Positions 7,966 to 14,205 of a stretch of DNA of 14,205 nucleotides are shown one piece after another (position 1 is the stretch's first letter; every line of letters begins with the position of its first letter). Origin of the DNA: Leidyana gryllorum EB-2025a (lineage: Eukaryota; Protista; Apicomplexa); contig JBLWGC010000137.1 in NCBI GenBank assembly GCA_048772705.1, positions 1-14,205 on the forward strand, in the 5' to 3' direction. The notes beneath the pieces are model-generated. The model did no database searches. It worked only from the letters and a program-made list of their open reading frames with translations, and had not been told where the DNA came from. The translations under genes and the position numbers were made by a program.

Positions 7966-8038
7966 TGATGCGGATGGGACTCGAACCCACAACTCCCGGT
8001 TCCGAAGACCGATGCCCTATCCATTAGGCCACCGCACC
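7966..8038 (-). tRNA. tRNA-Arg(TCG)
   Basis: GGTGCGG/CCGCATC-A, TCGGT-CTTCGGA-ACCGG. Confidence 0.92.
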
Positions 8039-8136
8039 ATGGATAGGCTTCGGTCATCTCGATACTGGTTGGGTGAAAGAGGAGACACCTTGGGCAGCCG
8101 GTTCTGTCCCACTCAAAAGTCGGATGCGTCCCGAAT

Positions 8137-8209
8137 GCGGTTGTGGTGCAATGGAGAGCGCGTTGCCCTCCTAAGGCAAAGGTTGAGGGTTCGAGTCCCT
8201 CTAGCCGTT
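8137..8209 (+). tRNA. tRNA-Arg(CCT), near-intact
   Basis: TTGCC-CTCCTAA-GGCAA, GAGGG-TTCGAGT-CCCTC; several G-U pairs. Confidence 0.85.
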
Positions 8210-8325
8210 TCCTGCGTGCCTTCGTTTGTGCAAAGTGGAGCACAAACAGGTGAAAGTGATCGATGCAGTTGGGAGATTGGTCATACCATGTAAAAAGGCA
8301 ATGGATGTACTGGGGTTTGCTAAAT

Positions 8326-8399
8326 GGGCGACTAGCTCAAATGGTAGCTCGCTACGCTTAGCGTGCGAGAGATACTGGGATCGGTGCCCAGGTCGTCCA
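8326..8399 (+). pseudogene. tRNA-Ala(AGC) pseudogene
   Basis: Ala ends intact; D-stem and anticodon arm disrupted. Confidence 0.82.
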
Positions 8400-8506
8400 A
8401 AGTACGTACGGCTGCACGTGCCGGGATCTCACCATCTTTGAAGGGTCGCAGACCACAATTGCCATTGCGAGAGCAGCGCAGTCAGTGTCTAGCGTGCCTC
8501 TGAAAG

Positions 8507-8579
8507 CGCTCCTGGCAGGTTCCGAGCCTGGGACTTTGCCGTTAACAGCCACACCCTCTGCCGCCTGAGCTACAAGACC
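8507..8579 (-). pseudogene. tRNA-Asn(GTT) pseudogene
   Basis: Reverse complement TAGCTCAGGCGGCAGAGGGTGTGG-CTGTTAA; T-loop damaged, G73. Confidence 0.7.
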
Positions 8580-8674
8580 CCTTACAATGTTTCAGAGGTT
8601 AGTAGAGAGACCCTCCTCTTCCTACAACAGTTCGCACGGGGTGCCCGAGGGAAGGTGTAATCAGTTACAGTCGC

Positions 8675-8756
8675 GCCAAGGTGGCCGAGCGGTTAAGGCG
8701 GCGGCCTGCTAAGCCGCTGGGTTTTACCCGCGTGAATTCGAATCTCACCCTTGTCG
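8675..8756 (+). pseudogene. tRNA-Ser(GCT), two lesions
   Basis: GCGGC-CTGCTAA-GCCGC, long variable arm; C2-T71 mismatch and G53>A. Confidence 0.7.
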
Positions 8757-8926
8757 GTAGCATTCGCGGAGAGCGCAGTTGCTTCAATGATTGAAGTGAG
8801 CTTTCTGTCCGACTCAAATCCAACGTTCTATGCTGGGCGCTATATACAGGAGCCAATTAAATTTTCCAGACGTCAGTAGAGAGACCCGTGTTGCGTGTGT
8901 CCAGTTGAGGAAGCGCTAGTCCGGAT

Positions 8927-8954
8927 AATTCTACCGACTCAATTCTACCGACTC
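8927..8954 (+). repeat. Perfect 14-bp tandem duplication
   Basis: AATTCTACCGACTC x2. Confidence 0.9.
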
Positions 8955-8973
8955 TTCTGGGATGGGCTGAATC

Positions 8974-9045
8974 GCTTGCGTGGTGTAGTGGTTAGCACTG
9001 GAGACTCTGAATCTCCCGACCTGGGTTCGATTCCCGGCGCGACCT
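8974..9045 (+). tRNA. tRNA-Gln(CTG), near-intact
   Basis: GGAGA-CTCTGAA-TCTCC; C2-C71 mismatch. Confidence 0.78.
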
Positions 9046-9089
9046 TGGAACTGGTCCTCACTGCTCCGTGAAACTTCGCCACTCCTCAT

Positions 9090-9161
9090 GCAGCCACCGT
9101 CTAGTGGTTACGACGTCTGCTTAACACGCAGAAAGTCCGAGGTGAATCCTCGGTGGCTGTA
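9090..9161 (+). pseudogene. tRNA-Val(AAC) pseudogene
   Basis: Val body, T-loop changed to GGTGAATCC. Confidence 0.85.
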
Positions 9162-9232
9162 GCTCCCACGGTCTAGTGGTTACGACGTCTGCTGAACACG
9201 CAGAAAGTCCGAGGTGAATCCTCGGTGGTGTA
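9162..9232 (+). pseudogene. tRNA-Val pseudogene, head-to-tail duplicate
   Basis: Tandem copy of 9090-9161 sharing the same T-arm lesions. Confidence 0.85.
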
Positions 9233-9287
9233 ACTCCTAACTTTCAGCGAGAACCAGGGGAGACAATCTTAAGCGAAACCACCTGTG

Positions 9288-9359
9288 CTCCGAGACCGGG
9301 AATCGAACCCGGGTCTTCCGCATGACAGGCGGAAATACTAACCGCTTTACTATCTCGGA
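9288..9359 (-). tRNA. tRNA-Asp(GTC), near-intact
   Basis: TCCGAGA/TCTCGGA-G, TCCGC-CTGTCAT-GCGGA. Confidence 0.83.
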
Positions 9360-9454
9360 CGCTCGTGAATACCCCGGCCTCCAACCCCGGAAGACCTTCC
9401 ATTTTGAGATTCCAAGTACAGGAAACGCGTGGAAGGGCGAGCCAACAACATTCC

Positions 9455-9534
9455 GGAAGGGTGGCCTAGTGGTCTCAAACGCTGTGTTCAGGCCGCAGTC
9501 CGAAAGGGCGTGGGTTCGAATCCCACTTTTGTCA
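9455..9534 (+). pseudogene. tRNA-Leu(CAG) pseudogene
   Basis: 3' two-thirds intact; 5' acceptor and D-arm mutated. Confidence 0.82.
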
Positions 9535-9644
9535 GCCGTTGTAGTCAGGACAACCTGCGACTGGATCCCAGCACTGCCCGCCGCGCACGTAGCATCCGGC
9601 TAACTTTCGTCGATACAACTGACACATGATTCTCCAGCTAAGTT

Positions 9645-9706
9645 GCCTTCTTAGCTTAGGGGCAGAGGGTTCGCTTCGTAAGCGAGAAGTCGCCGGTTCG
9701 ATGGCT
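9645..9706 (+). pseudogene. tRNA-Thr(CGT) pseudogene
   Basis: Copy of 4923-4994 lacking 10 nt (TCCGGCAGAA) of the T-stem/acceptor. Confidence 0.88.
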
Positions 9707-9772
9707 TTGATGCATCGATAGGCTTATAAGGAATGGCTGTCACCACGTACAAGATTCACAAGATCGTGTTCT

Positions 9773-9843
9773 GCATCTGTGGTCTAGTGCAAAAGTCGCT
9801 CGCTGCCATCGAGATGGCCCGTGTGGGATTCCCGACCGATGGA
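9773..9843 (+). pseudogene. tRNA-Gly(GCC) pseudogene
   Basis: GCATCTGTGGTCTAGTG...CTCGCTGCCATCGAGA; T-arm destroyed. Confidence 0.8.
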
Positions 9844-9887
9844 AAATCATAGCATGATGAGTTTGTCGGCGGTTCCGATTCCGACCG

Positions 9888-9960
9888 TGGGAGTGGAGAG
9901 GATTGAACTCTCGACTTCAGGATTATGAGACCTACGCGCTACCGACTGCGCTACACTCCC
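9888..9960 (-). tRNA. tRNA-Met(CAT), elongator
   Basis: GGGAGTG/CACTCCC-A, TAGGT-CTCATAA-TCCTG with the U31-U39 pair typical of eukaryotic elongator Met. Confidence 0.93.
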
Positions 9961-10291
9961 TACTGAAACTTCTCTCGATGCATCTCCTCCTGTCAAAAGG
10001 GTGCACGTGATGGTGTATCCACAACACACCCGCCTGGTCGGGGCGGAGCACAACCGCAAACTTGGACTCATTGGGCTCACCATTTAACTGACCGAAAATA
10101 CGCAGAGTTGAGGTAAGCAATCACTGGACCAAGTAGTCGACTGATGTGCTGAGCAAAGCACCTGATTGGCCTCGTCCGCCCGGCCGAACAGTTATTTCAG
10201 AGCCTAATACTGACATGGAGGAGGGGTTGTTCCCACACCACTGACAATTCGCATGGGAGTCCCGAGGGAACGTGTGATCCGTTGCACTCTC

Positions 10292-10373
10292 GGCAAGGTG
10301 GCACAGTGTTTGAGGCGGCGGCTTGCTAAGCCGTTGGGTTTCACCCACGTGAGTTCAAATCTCACCATTGTGC
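10292..10373 (+). pseudogene. tRNA-Ser(GCT) pseudogene
   Basis: Paralog of 8675-8756 with D-arm and acceptor damage. Confidence 0.8.
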
Positions 10374-10579
10374 GTGGCACTTGGGGAGAGCGCAACTGCT
10401 TCAATGATTGAACTGAGGCTCAACCTCAGATCTTCAATAGTGGCACTTCAAGCTCTTAAGCTCAGAAGTGAGACTCAGATTCCGGGGTGGTCCGAGGTGA
10501 CATTCTGGATATCGATCCAATACCGCGGCAAGCAGAGGCAAAAGGTTCTCGAACCGGTGCCGAGTGTCGTCGCAGAAGT

Positions 10580-10653
10580 GGTCGCGTAGCTCAGTCGGTT
10601 AGAGCGTGAGCCTAATAAGCTCAAGGTCCCCGGTTTGAGGCCGGGCGTGACCA
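10580..10653 (+). pseudogene. tRNA-Ile(AAT) with T-loop lesions
   Basis: Identical to 3899-3972 except T-loop TTTGAGG (invariant C56>T). Confidence 0.72.
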
Positions 10654-10720
10654 AGTGAGTGGATCTTTGATAAAGAGTTGCCAATACGAAAGGAACTTTT
10701 TACCAAGTCCAAGCTTCCTT

Positions 10721-10793
10721 GCCGCGCCAGCTCCGTCGGTAGAGCGCAAGACTTTCAGTGGAGAGACCGCGGGTTCGGACAGCGCGAGCGGTC
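10721..10793 (+). pseudogene. tRNA-Lys pseudogene
   Basis: Paralog of 3576-3649 and 13959-14031; anticodon arm broken. Confidence 0.78.
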
Positions 10794-10854
10794 CGAGTCA
10801 AGCTGCTAAACCGTATGTGAAGCAACTGCCTGCGGCATGCCGAGTTCTACCGTT

Positions 10855-10936
10855 GGCAACTTGCCCGAGTGGTTAAGGGGGTAGACTCGAAATCTACTGG
10901 GCCTGGCTCGCGCTGGTTCTAATCCAGCAGTTGTCG
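10855..10936 (+). tRNA. tRNA-Ser(CGA), near-intact
   Basis: GTAGA-CTCGAAA-TCTAC; T-loop TTCTAAT (purine 57>T). Confidence 0.78.
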
Positions 10937-11012
10937 TGCGATGTGATCGGGCATCAACTCCCTTCGGTCGTGACTCTGTTTTCATATACCGCGGGTGCAG
11001 CCGTTAGAGGCT

Positions 11013-11085
11013 TGGACGACCTGGGCATCGATCCCAGTATCTCTCGCATGTTAAGCGAGTGCTATGTCATTTGAGCTAGTCGCCC
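11013..11085 (-). pseudogene. tRNA-Ala body with AAC anticodon, D-loop damaged
   Basis: G3-U70 retained, CTCGC-TTAACAT-GCGAG, D-loop GG lost. Confidence 0.78.
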
Positions 11086-11173
11086 GCTTTGCAGACACCA
11101 TAGCATTTAGTGGTTCTTGACATATTATGACCAGTGTCCCGACTCTACCAGCAATTTGCACCACCGACCAGTC

Positions 11174-11245
11174 GGCTGTTTGGTCTAGTGGTATGATTCT
11201 TCCTTTGGGTGGAAGAAGTCCTGGGTTCGATTCCCAGAACAGCCC
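11174..11245 (+). tRNA. tRNA-Pro(TGG)
   Basis: Complete cloverleaf, CTTCC-TTTGGGT-GGAAG. Confidence 0.94.
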
Positions 11246-11433
11246 GTCTGTCGGTTGTTGACTCAATCCGCCACGTCTCTTCAAGGTTGTCTAAGATATG
11301 CTGCTCCGACAGCTGAGACAAGATTTGAGTTGTATATGCATGGAATCTTCGCCAGATTCATTCCAGTTGGCCCATCAACGATGTCTGCAAAACCCATCAG
11401 GTTGAGTAGTAGTCTGCCAACCACCACTCTACT

Positions 11434-11513
11434 TCCGGTGGGACGGAATCGAACCGCCGACTATCTGATGCCAGCACTACAGTCAGATGCTCTACCAACT
11501 GAGCTACCCCCGG
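11434..11513 (-). tRNA. tRNA-Tyr(GTA) with 7-nt intron (11470-11476)
   Basis: C1-G72, A73; TCTGA-CTGTAG-[TGCTGGC]-A-TCAGA; one acceptor mismatch (G5-A68). Confidence 0.87.
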
Positions 11514-11695
11514 TCGTCCAACTGCTGCGAGATTCGAAGGCTCAACCTCAAACCCTCAACAGTGTCAGCAGTACGGCACGGATTTCGGGGTGGTCCAAGG
11601 TGCCACACTCGAGTTCCGGTAAGATTGCACGAGCTGGGTACCACTGATTTCCAAGACGGTACGGCTCTCGGCCGAAGCCTCAACTCAAGCACTTG

Positions 11696-11768
11696 TCCAC
11701 TGTAGTCTAAGTGGCTAGGATATGCGGCTTTCACCCGCACGATCCGGGTTCAAGTCCCGGCAGTGGAA
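11696..11768 (+). tRNA. tRNA-Glu(TTC)
   Basis: TCCACTG/CAGTGGA-A, TGCGG-CTTTCAC-CCGCA. Confidence 0.94.
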
Positions 11769-11844
11769 GTCACTGAAGTACTCGAGCAAATTACTCCAGT
11801 AATCTCCGTCAATAGTGACTGATTCGTGATCTCCAGCTAACATT

Positions 11845-11916
11845 GCCTTCTTAGCGTAGGGGCAGAGCATTCGATTAGTAAGCCTAAGGTCGCCGGTTCG
11901 ATTGCGGCAGAAGGCT
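11845..11916 (+). pseudogene. tRNA-Thr(AGT) pseudogene
   Basis: Anticodon stem and C61 mutated. Confidence 0.83.
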
Positions 11917-11965
11917 TTGCTCACGAGAGAGTCTATTCTATAACTGTTTCCTTTCTGCGCACACT

Positions 11966-12037
11966 TAGCAGTACGTCGTTTCGATCGACGGACCTTTGGG
12001 TTATGAGCCCAACACTCTTCCACTGAGCTACACTGCT
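11966..12037 (-). tRNA. Initiator tRNA-Met(CAT)
   Basis: A1-U72, TTGGG-CTCATAA-CCCAA, CGTCG-ATCGAAA-CGACG (A54, A60). Confidence 0.93.
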
Positions 12038-12239
12038 CAGTCTGCAACATGGAAGAGGGAGCCGAGATGCAATTTTTGAGATGTTAATTGCCAGGCTGCA
12101 CGGAGCTTCCGGGCTGTGAAAGGGGCGTGTGTCTTCGGACACACGTATCCGATGAGCCCGTTCGTCGTCGCTTGACCCGACGCTCCACCTGATCCCAAGA
12201 CGGTACGGCTCTCGGCCGAAGCCTCAACTCAAGCACTTG

Positions 12240-12312
12240 TCCACTGTAGTCTAAGTGGCTAGGATATGCGGCTTGCACCCGCACGATCCGGGTTCAAGTC
12301 CCGGCAGTGGAA
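12240..12312 (+). tRNA. tRNA-Glu body with TGC anticodon
   Basis: 72/73 identical to 11696-11768; only change is T>G at 12275 (position 35). Confidence 0.85.
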
Positions 12313-12381
12313 GTCATTAGAGTACTCGATCAAAGTGCTCTTGTGTCAATAGGGACTGATGCGTGACTCCCGGCTTGCATT

Positions 12382-12450
12382 GCCTTCTTAGCTTAGGGGC
12401 AGAGCATTCGCTTAAGCGAAAGGTCGCCGGTTCGATTCCGGCAGAAGGTT
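12382..12450 (+). pseudogene. tRNA-Thr with anticodon deleted
   Basis: TTCGC-TTAA-GCGAA; remainder essentially intact. Confidence 0.85.
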
Positions 12451-12567
12451 TTGCTCACAAGCTTAAGCTTTTCGGGCTGGTCTCTCGGTCTCGATAACGA
12501 CCTGAGGGGGTTGCAAAATTCTCAGGTCTTTTCTGCCCCCATTCGTCAGTGCAACTTTGGTGACGTG

Positions 12568-12640
12568 TCCACTATGGTCTCGGTGGCTAGTATATGTGGC
12601 GCCAACCCGCACCATCCCGGTTCGAGTCTGGGCAGCGCAA
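12568..12640 (+). pseudogene. tRNA-Glu pseudogene, highly degenerate
   Basis: TCCACTA...GTGGCTAGTATATGTGGC...ACCCGCAC...GGTTCGAGTC. Confidence 0.75.
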
Positions 12641-12701
12641 ATGCAGATGGGTGTGCTTGTAGGCAACATACTGCATTCTTACTCCCCGGCCCACTCGTCC
12701 G

Positions 12702-12774
12702 CACCGCCCACGGGACTTCACTCTGCGACTGCAAGATTAAGAGGCTCGCGCTCCACCGACTGAGCTAGGATGAC
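12702..12774 (-). pseudogene. tRNA-Lys(CTT) pseudogene
   Basis: CTAGCTCAGTCGGTGGAGCG...CTCTTAATCTTGCAGTCGC; T-loop destroyed. Confidence 0.8.
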
Positions 12775-12854
12775 AAGGAAACTCTGAACTAAGTTACACT
12801 CTATTTGCCTCAGGGTGGAGTCATGCAAGTCATTGGGCAGGTCGACCGGAGTCC

Positions 12855-12908
12855 TTAGTATTTTCGCGCGTCACGCGGAAGACCTGGGTTCGACTGCCCG
12901 TCTTACAG
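12855..12908 (+). pseudogene. tRNA-Asp(GTC) 3' fragment
   Basis: GTCACGCGGAAGACCTGGGTTCGA matches the Asp copies. Confidence 0.72.
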
Positions 12909-12995
12909 CACAGCTCGTTCCGCTTTAGACTTCGTTTGGTGCTCACTCAAAAGGTGCGGTCCGGGAGCAAACCTCGATGTCCAAGGGTCACACGA

Positions 12996-13074
12996 CAGGC
13001 GTTCGCTCACTTGGTACAGCATCTGACTGCGGCGGGTGCGGCAGGTAGTCCACCGTTCCATTCCCCTCCTCTGA
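12996..13074 (+). pseudogene. tRNA-Tyr pseudogene, highly degenerate
   Basis: GCTCACTTGGTACAGCATCTGACTG...CAGGTAGTC matches the Tyr body. Confidence 0.65.
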
Positions 13075-13088
13075 CACTTGCCTGCTTA

Positions 13089-13169
13089 TGCGAGAAGTGG
13101 GGTTCGAACCCAGGCGGAATTGACCAGTGGATCTTAAGGCCACCCCCTTAACCTCTCGGGCATTCTCGC
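13089..13169 (-). pseudogene. tRNA-Leu(TAA), degenerate
   Basis: GCGAGAA/TTCTCGC-A, GTGGC-CTTAAGA-TCCAC; mismatches in anticodon and T stems. Confidence 0.72.
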
Positions 13170-13270
13170 AATGCAGCGTCGAAATAAGTAGTCTGGGGTT
13201 TCTGCGGGTAGCCAGTGCCCTTTCAAGGCGGAAGAAAGATACTCACGACCATGTGAGTGGGGTTTGAAAA

Positions 13271-13299
13271 TAGCGCCTTACCCACTAGGGCATCTTGCC
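13271..13299 (-). pseudogene. tRNA-Leu (NAG family) 5' fragment
   Basis: Reverse complement GGCAAGATGCCCTAGTGGGTAAGGCGCT. Confidence 0.65.
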
Positions 13300-13304
13300 A
13301 CATA

Positions 13305-13348
13305 CTGGTAGGCGCAAGTCTGCATGGGTGCGGGTCCCATTCTGCGCA
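13305..13348 (+). pseudogene. tRNA-Leu(CAA) 3' half
   Basis: CTGGTAGGCGCAAGTCTGCATGGG identical to 2283-2306. Confidence 0.8.
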
Positions 13349-13427
13349 ACGGTACTCATTTCAGGTCGAATTAGCCACACTTCGAGTTTACGGCTGTACG
13401 TAGCCGGTTGTATCCCCCTTCCCATTC

Positions 13428-13499
13428 GGCTGTTTGGTCTAGTGGTATGATTCTTCCTTTGGGTGGAAGAAGTCTTGGGTTCGATTACCAGAACAGCCC
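13428..13499 (+). pseudogene. tRNA-Pro(TGG) with T-stem lesions
   Basis: Copy of 11174-11245 with C61>A and C49>T. Confidence 0.72.
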
Positions 13500-13639
13500 T
13501 CTTGGTCGTCGGTTGACCCGACGGGACAAGTTGCCGTCAGAACCAACACAGCATTTCATTAGCCCACTTTGGTAGGGCAGTCAGGGCAACTAACACCTCG
13601 AGAATTGCATTTCGGCTACTTCTTCCATGTTGCAGACTC

Positions 13640-13710
13640 AGCAGTGTAGCTCAGTGAAAAGTGTTGGGCTCATAATCCAAAGGTCCGTCGATCGAAACGG
13701 CGCACTGCTA
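13640..13710 (+). pseudogene. Initiator tRNA-Met(CAT), degenerate
   Basis: iMet body with D-loop deletion and loss of GG. Confidence 0.78.
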
Positions 13711-13759
13711 AGTTTGCGCAGAAGGGGAACAGTTATAGAATAGATTGCCTCGCGAGCAA

Positions 13760-13830
13760 AGGCTTCTGCCGGAATCGAACCGGCGACCTTTCGCTTACTA
13801 AGCGAATGCTCTGCCCCAAGCTAAGAAGGC
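13760..13830 (-). pseudogene. tRNA-Thr(AGT), two lesions
   Basis: A14 deleted, C2-C71 mismatch. Confidence 0.75.
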
Positions 13831-13958
13831 AATGTTAACTGGACATCACGAATGAGTCCCTATTGACGGAAGTTACTGAAGCACATTGTTCCACCACTCA
13901 ATACTTCCACTGCTCCACATACCGGCAAATAGGGTGTAACTAAGTTTAGAGCTTCCTT

Positions 13959-14031
13959 GCCGCCCTAGCTCAGTCGGTAGAGCGCAAGACTTTTAATCTT
14001 GCAGTCGCGGGTTCGAGCCCCGCGGACGGTG
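13959..14031 (+). tRNA. tRNA-Lys(TTT)
   Basis: CAAGA-CTTTTAA-TCTTG, intact arms; one C-A acceptor mismatch. Confidence 0.87.
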
Positions 14032-14091
14032 CAAATCAATGTCTCTGGGAGTAGGAATGGAACCGTTGCCTACAAGCACACTCAGCTGGAT

Positions 14092-14164
14092 TTCCACTGC
14101 CGGGACTTGAACCCGGATCGTGCGGGTGAGAGCCGCATATCCTAGCCACTTAGACTACAGTGGA
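14092..14164 (-). tRNA. tRNA-Glu(CTC)
   Basis: Identical to Glu(TTC) 11696-11768 except the wobble base. Confidence 0.94.
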
Positions 14165-14205
14165 CAACTCCCTCAGCTGCAGCTTTAGCCGCGAGCCGTA
14201 CCCTC

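Larger units (their letters stand above)
2071..14164. repeat. Mixed-orientation tRNA gene/pseudogene cluster built from segmental duplications
   Basis: About 72 tRNA-derived loci in 12.1 kb with recurring cassettes that share spacer sequence. Confidence 0.97.

Noticed and set aside
11655-11680. GGTACGGCTC motif as a regulatory element (also near 2496, 12202 and 14195 minus)
   Set aside because: Cannot be separated from simple homology of the Glu upstream flanks
106-13151. The 60-144 aa ORFs of the supplied track
   Set aside because: Short, overlapping on both strands, lying across tRNA bodies or the LTR/leader; motifs such as PGIEPG and GSNP are translations of T-arms
2071-14164. Bacterial or phage tRNA array, or CRISPR array
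   Set aside because: ANN anticodons, no CCA, eukaryotic iMet, a spliced Tyr and mixed strands indicate a eukaryote; there is no constant repeat-spacer periodicity
2071-14164. tRNA-derived SINEs
   Set aside because: Many different tRNA families with no common body, poly-A tail or TSDs; the copies arise as multi-gene DNA duplications

Overview
Eukaryotic, probably protist, nuclear DNA in two parts. (1) 1-2070: the 5' end of a minus-strand LTR retrotransposon. It has a 601-bp LTR with TGTTGTA...TACAACA termini, a primer-binding site matching the 3' end of tRNA-Phe, a ~1.1-kb leader, and the first 116 codons of a gag-like ORF running off the left edge (absent from the ORF track). (2) 2071-14164: a very dense, both-strand cluster of about 72 tRNA genes, pseudogenes and fragments covering 19 of 20 amino-acid families (no Trp seen), about 30 intact or nearly so. 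The cluster is built from shuffled direct and inverted duplications of multi-tRNA cassettes, with reciprocal decay and anticodon shifts, a 7-nt tRNA-Tyr intron, and almost no oligo-T terminators. Eukaryotic signs are ANN (inosine) anticodons, no encoded CCA, and an initiator tRNA with A1-U72/A54/A60. The listed ORFs appear spurious. All tRNA calls are hand-folded.
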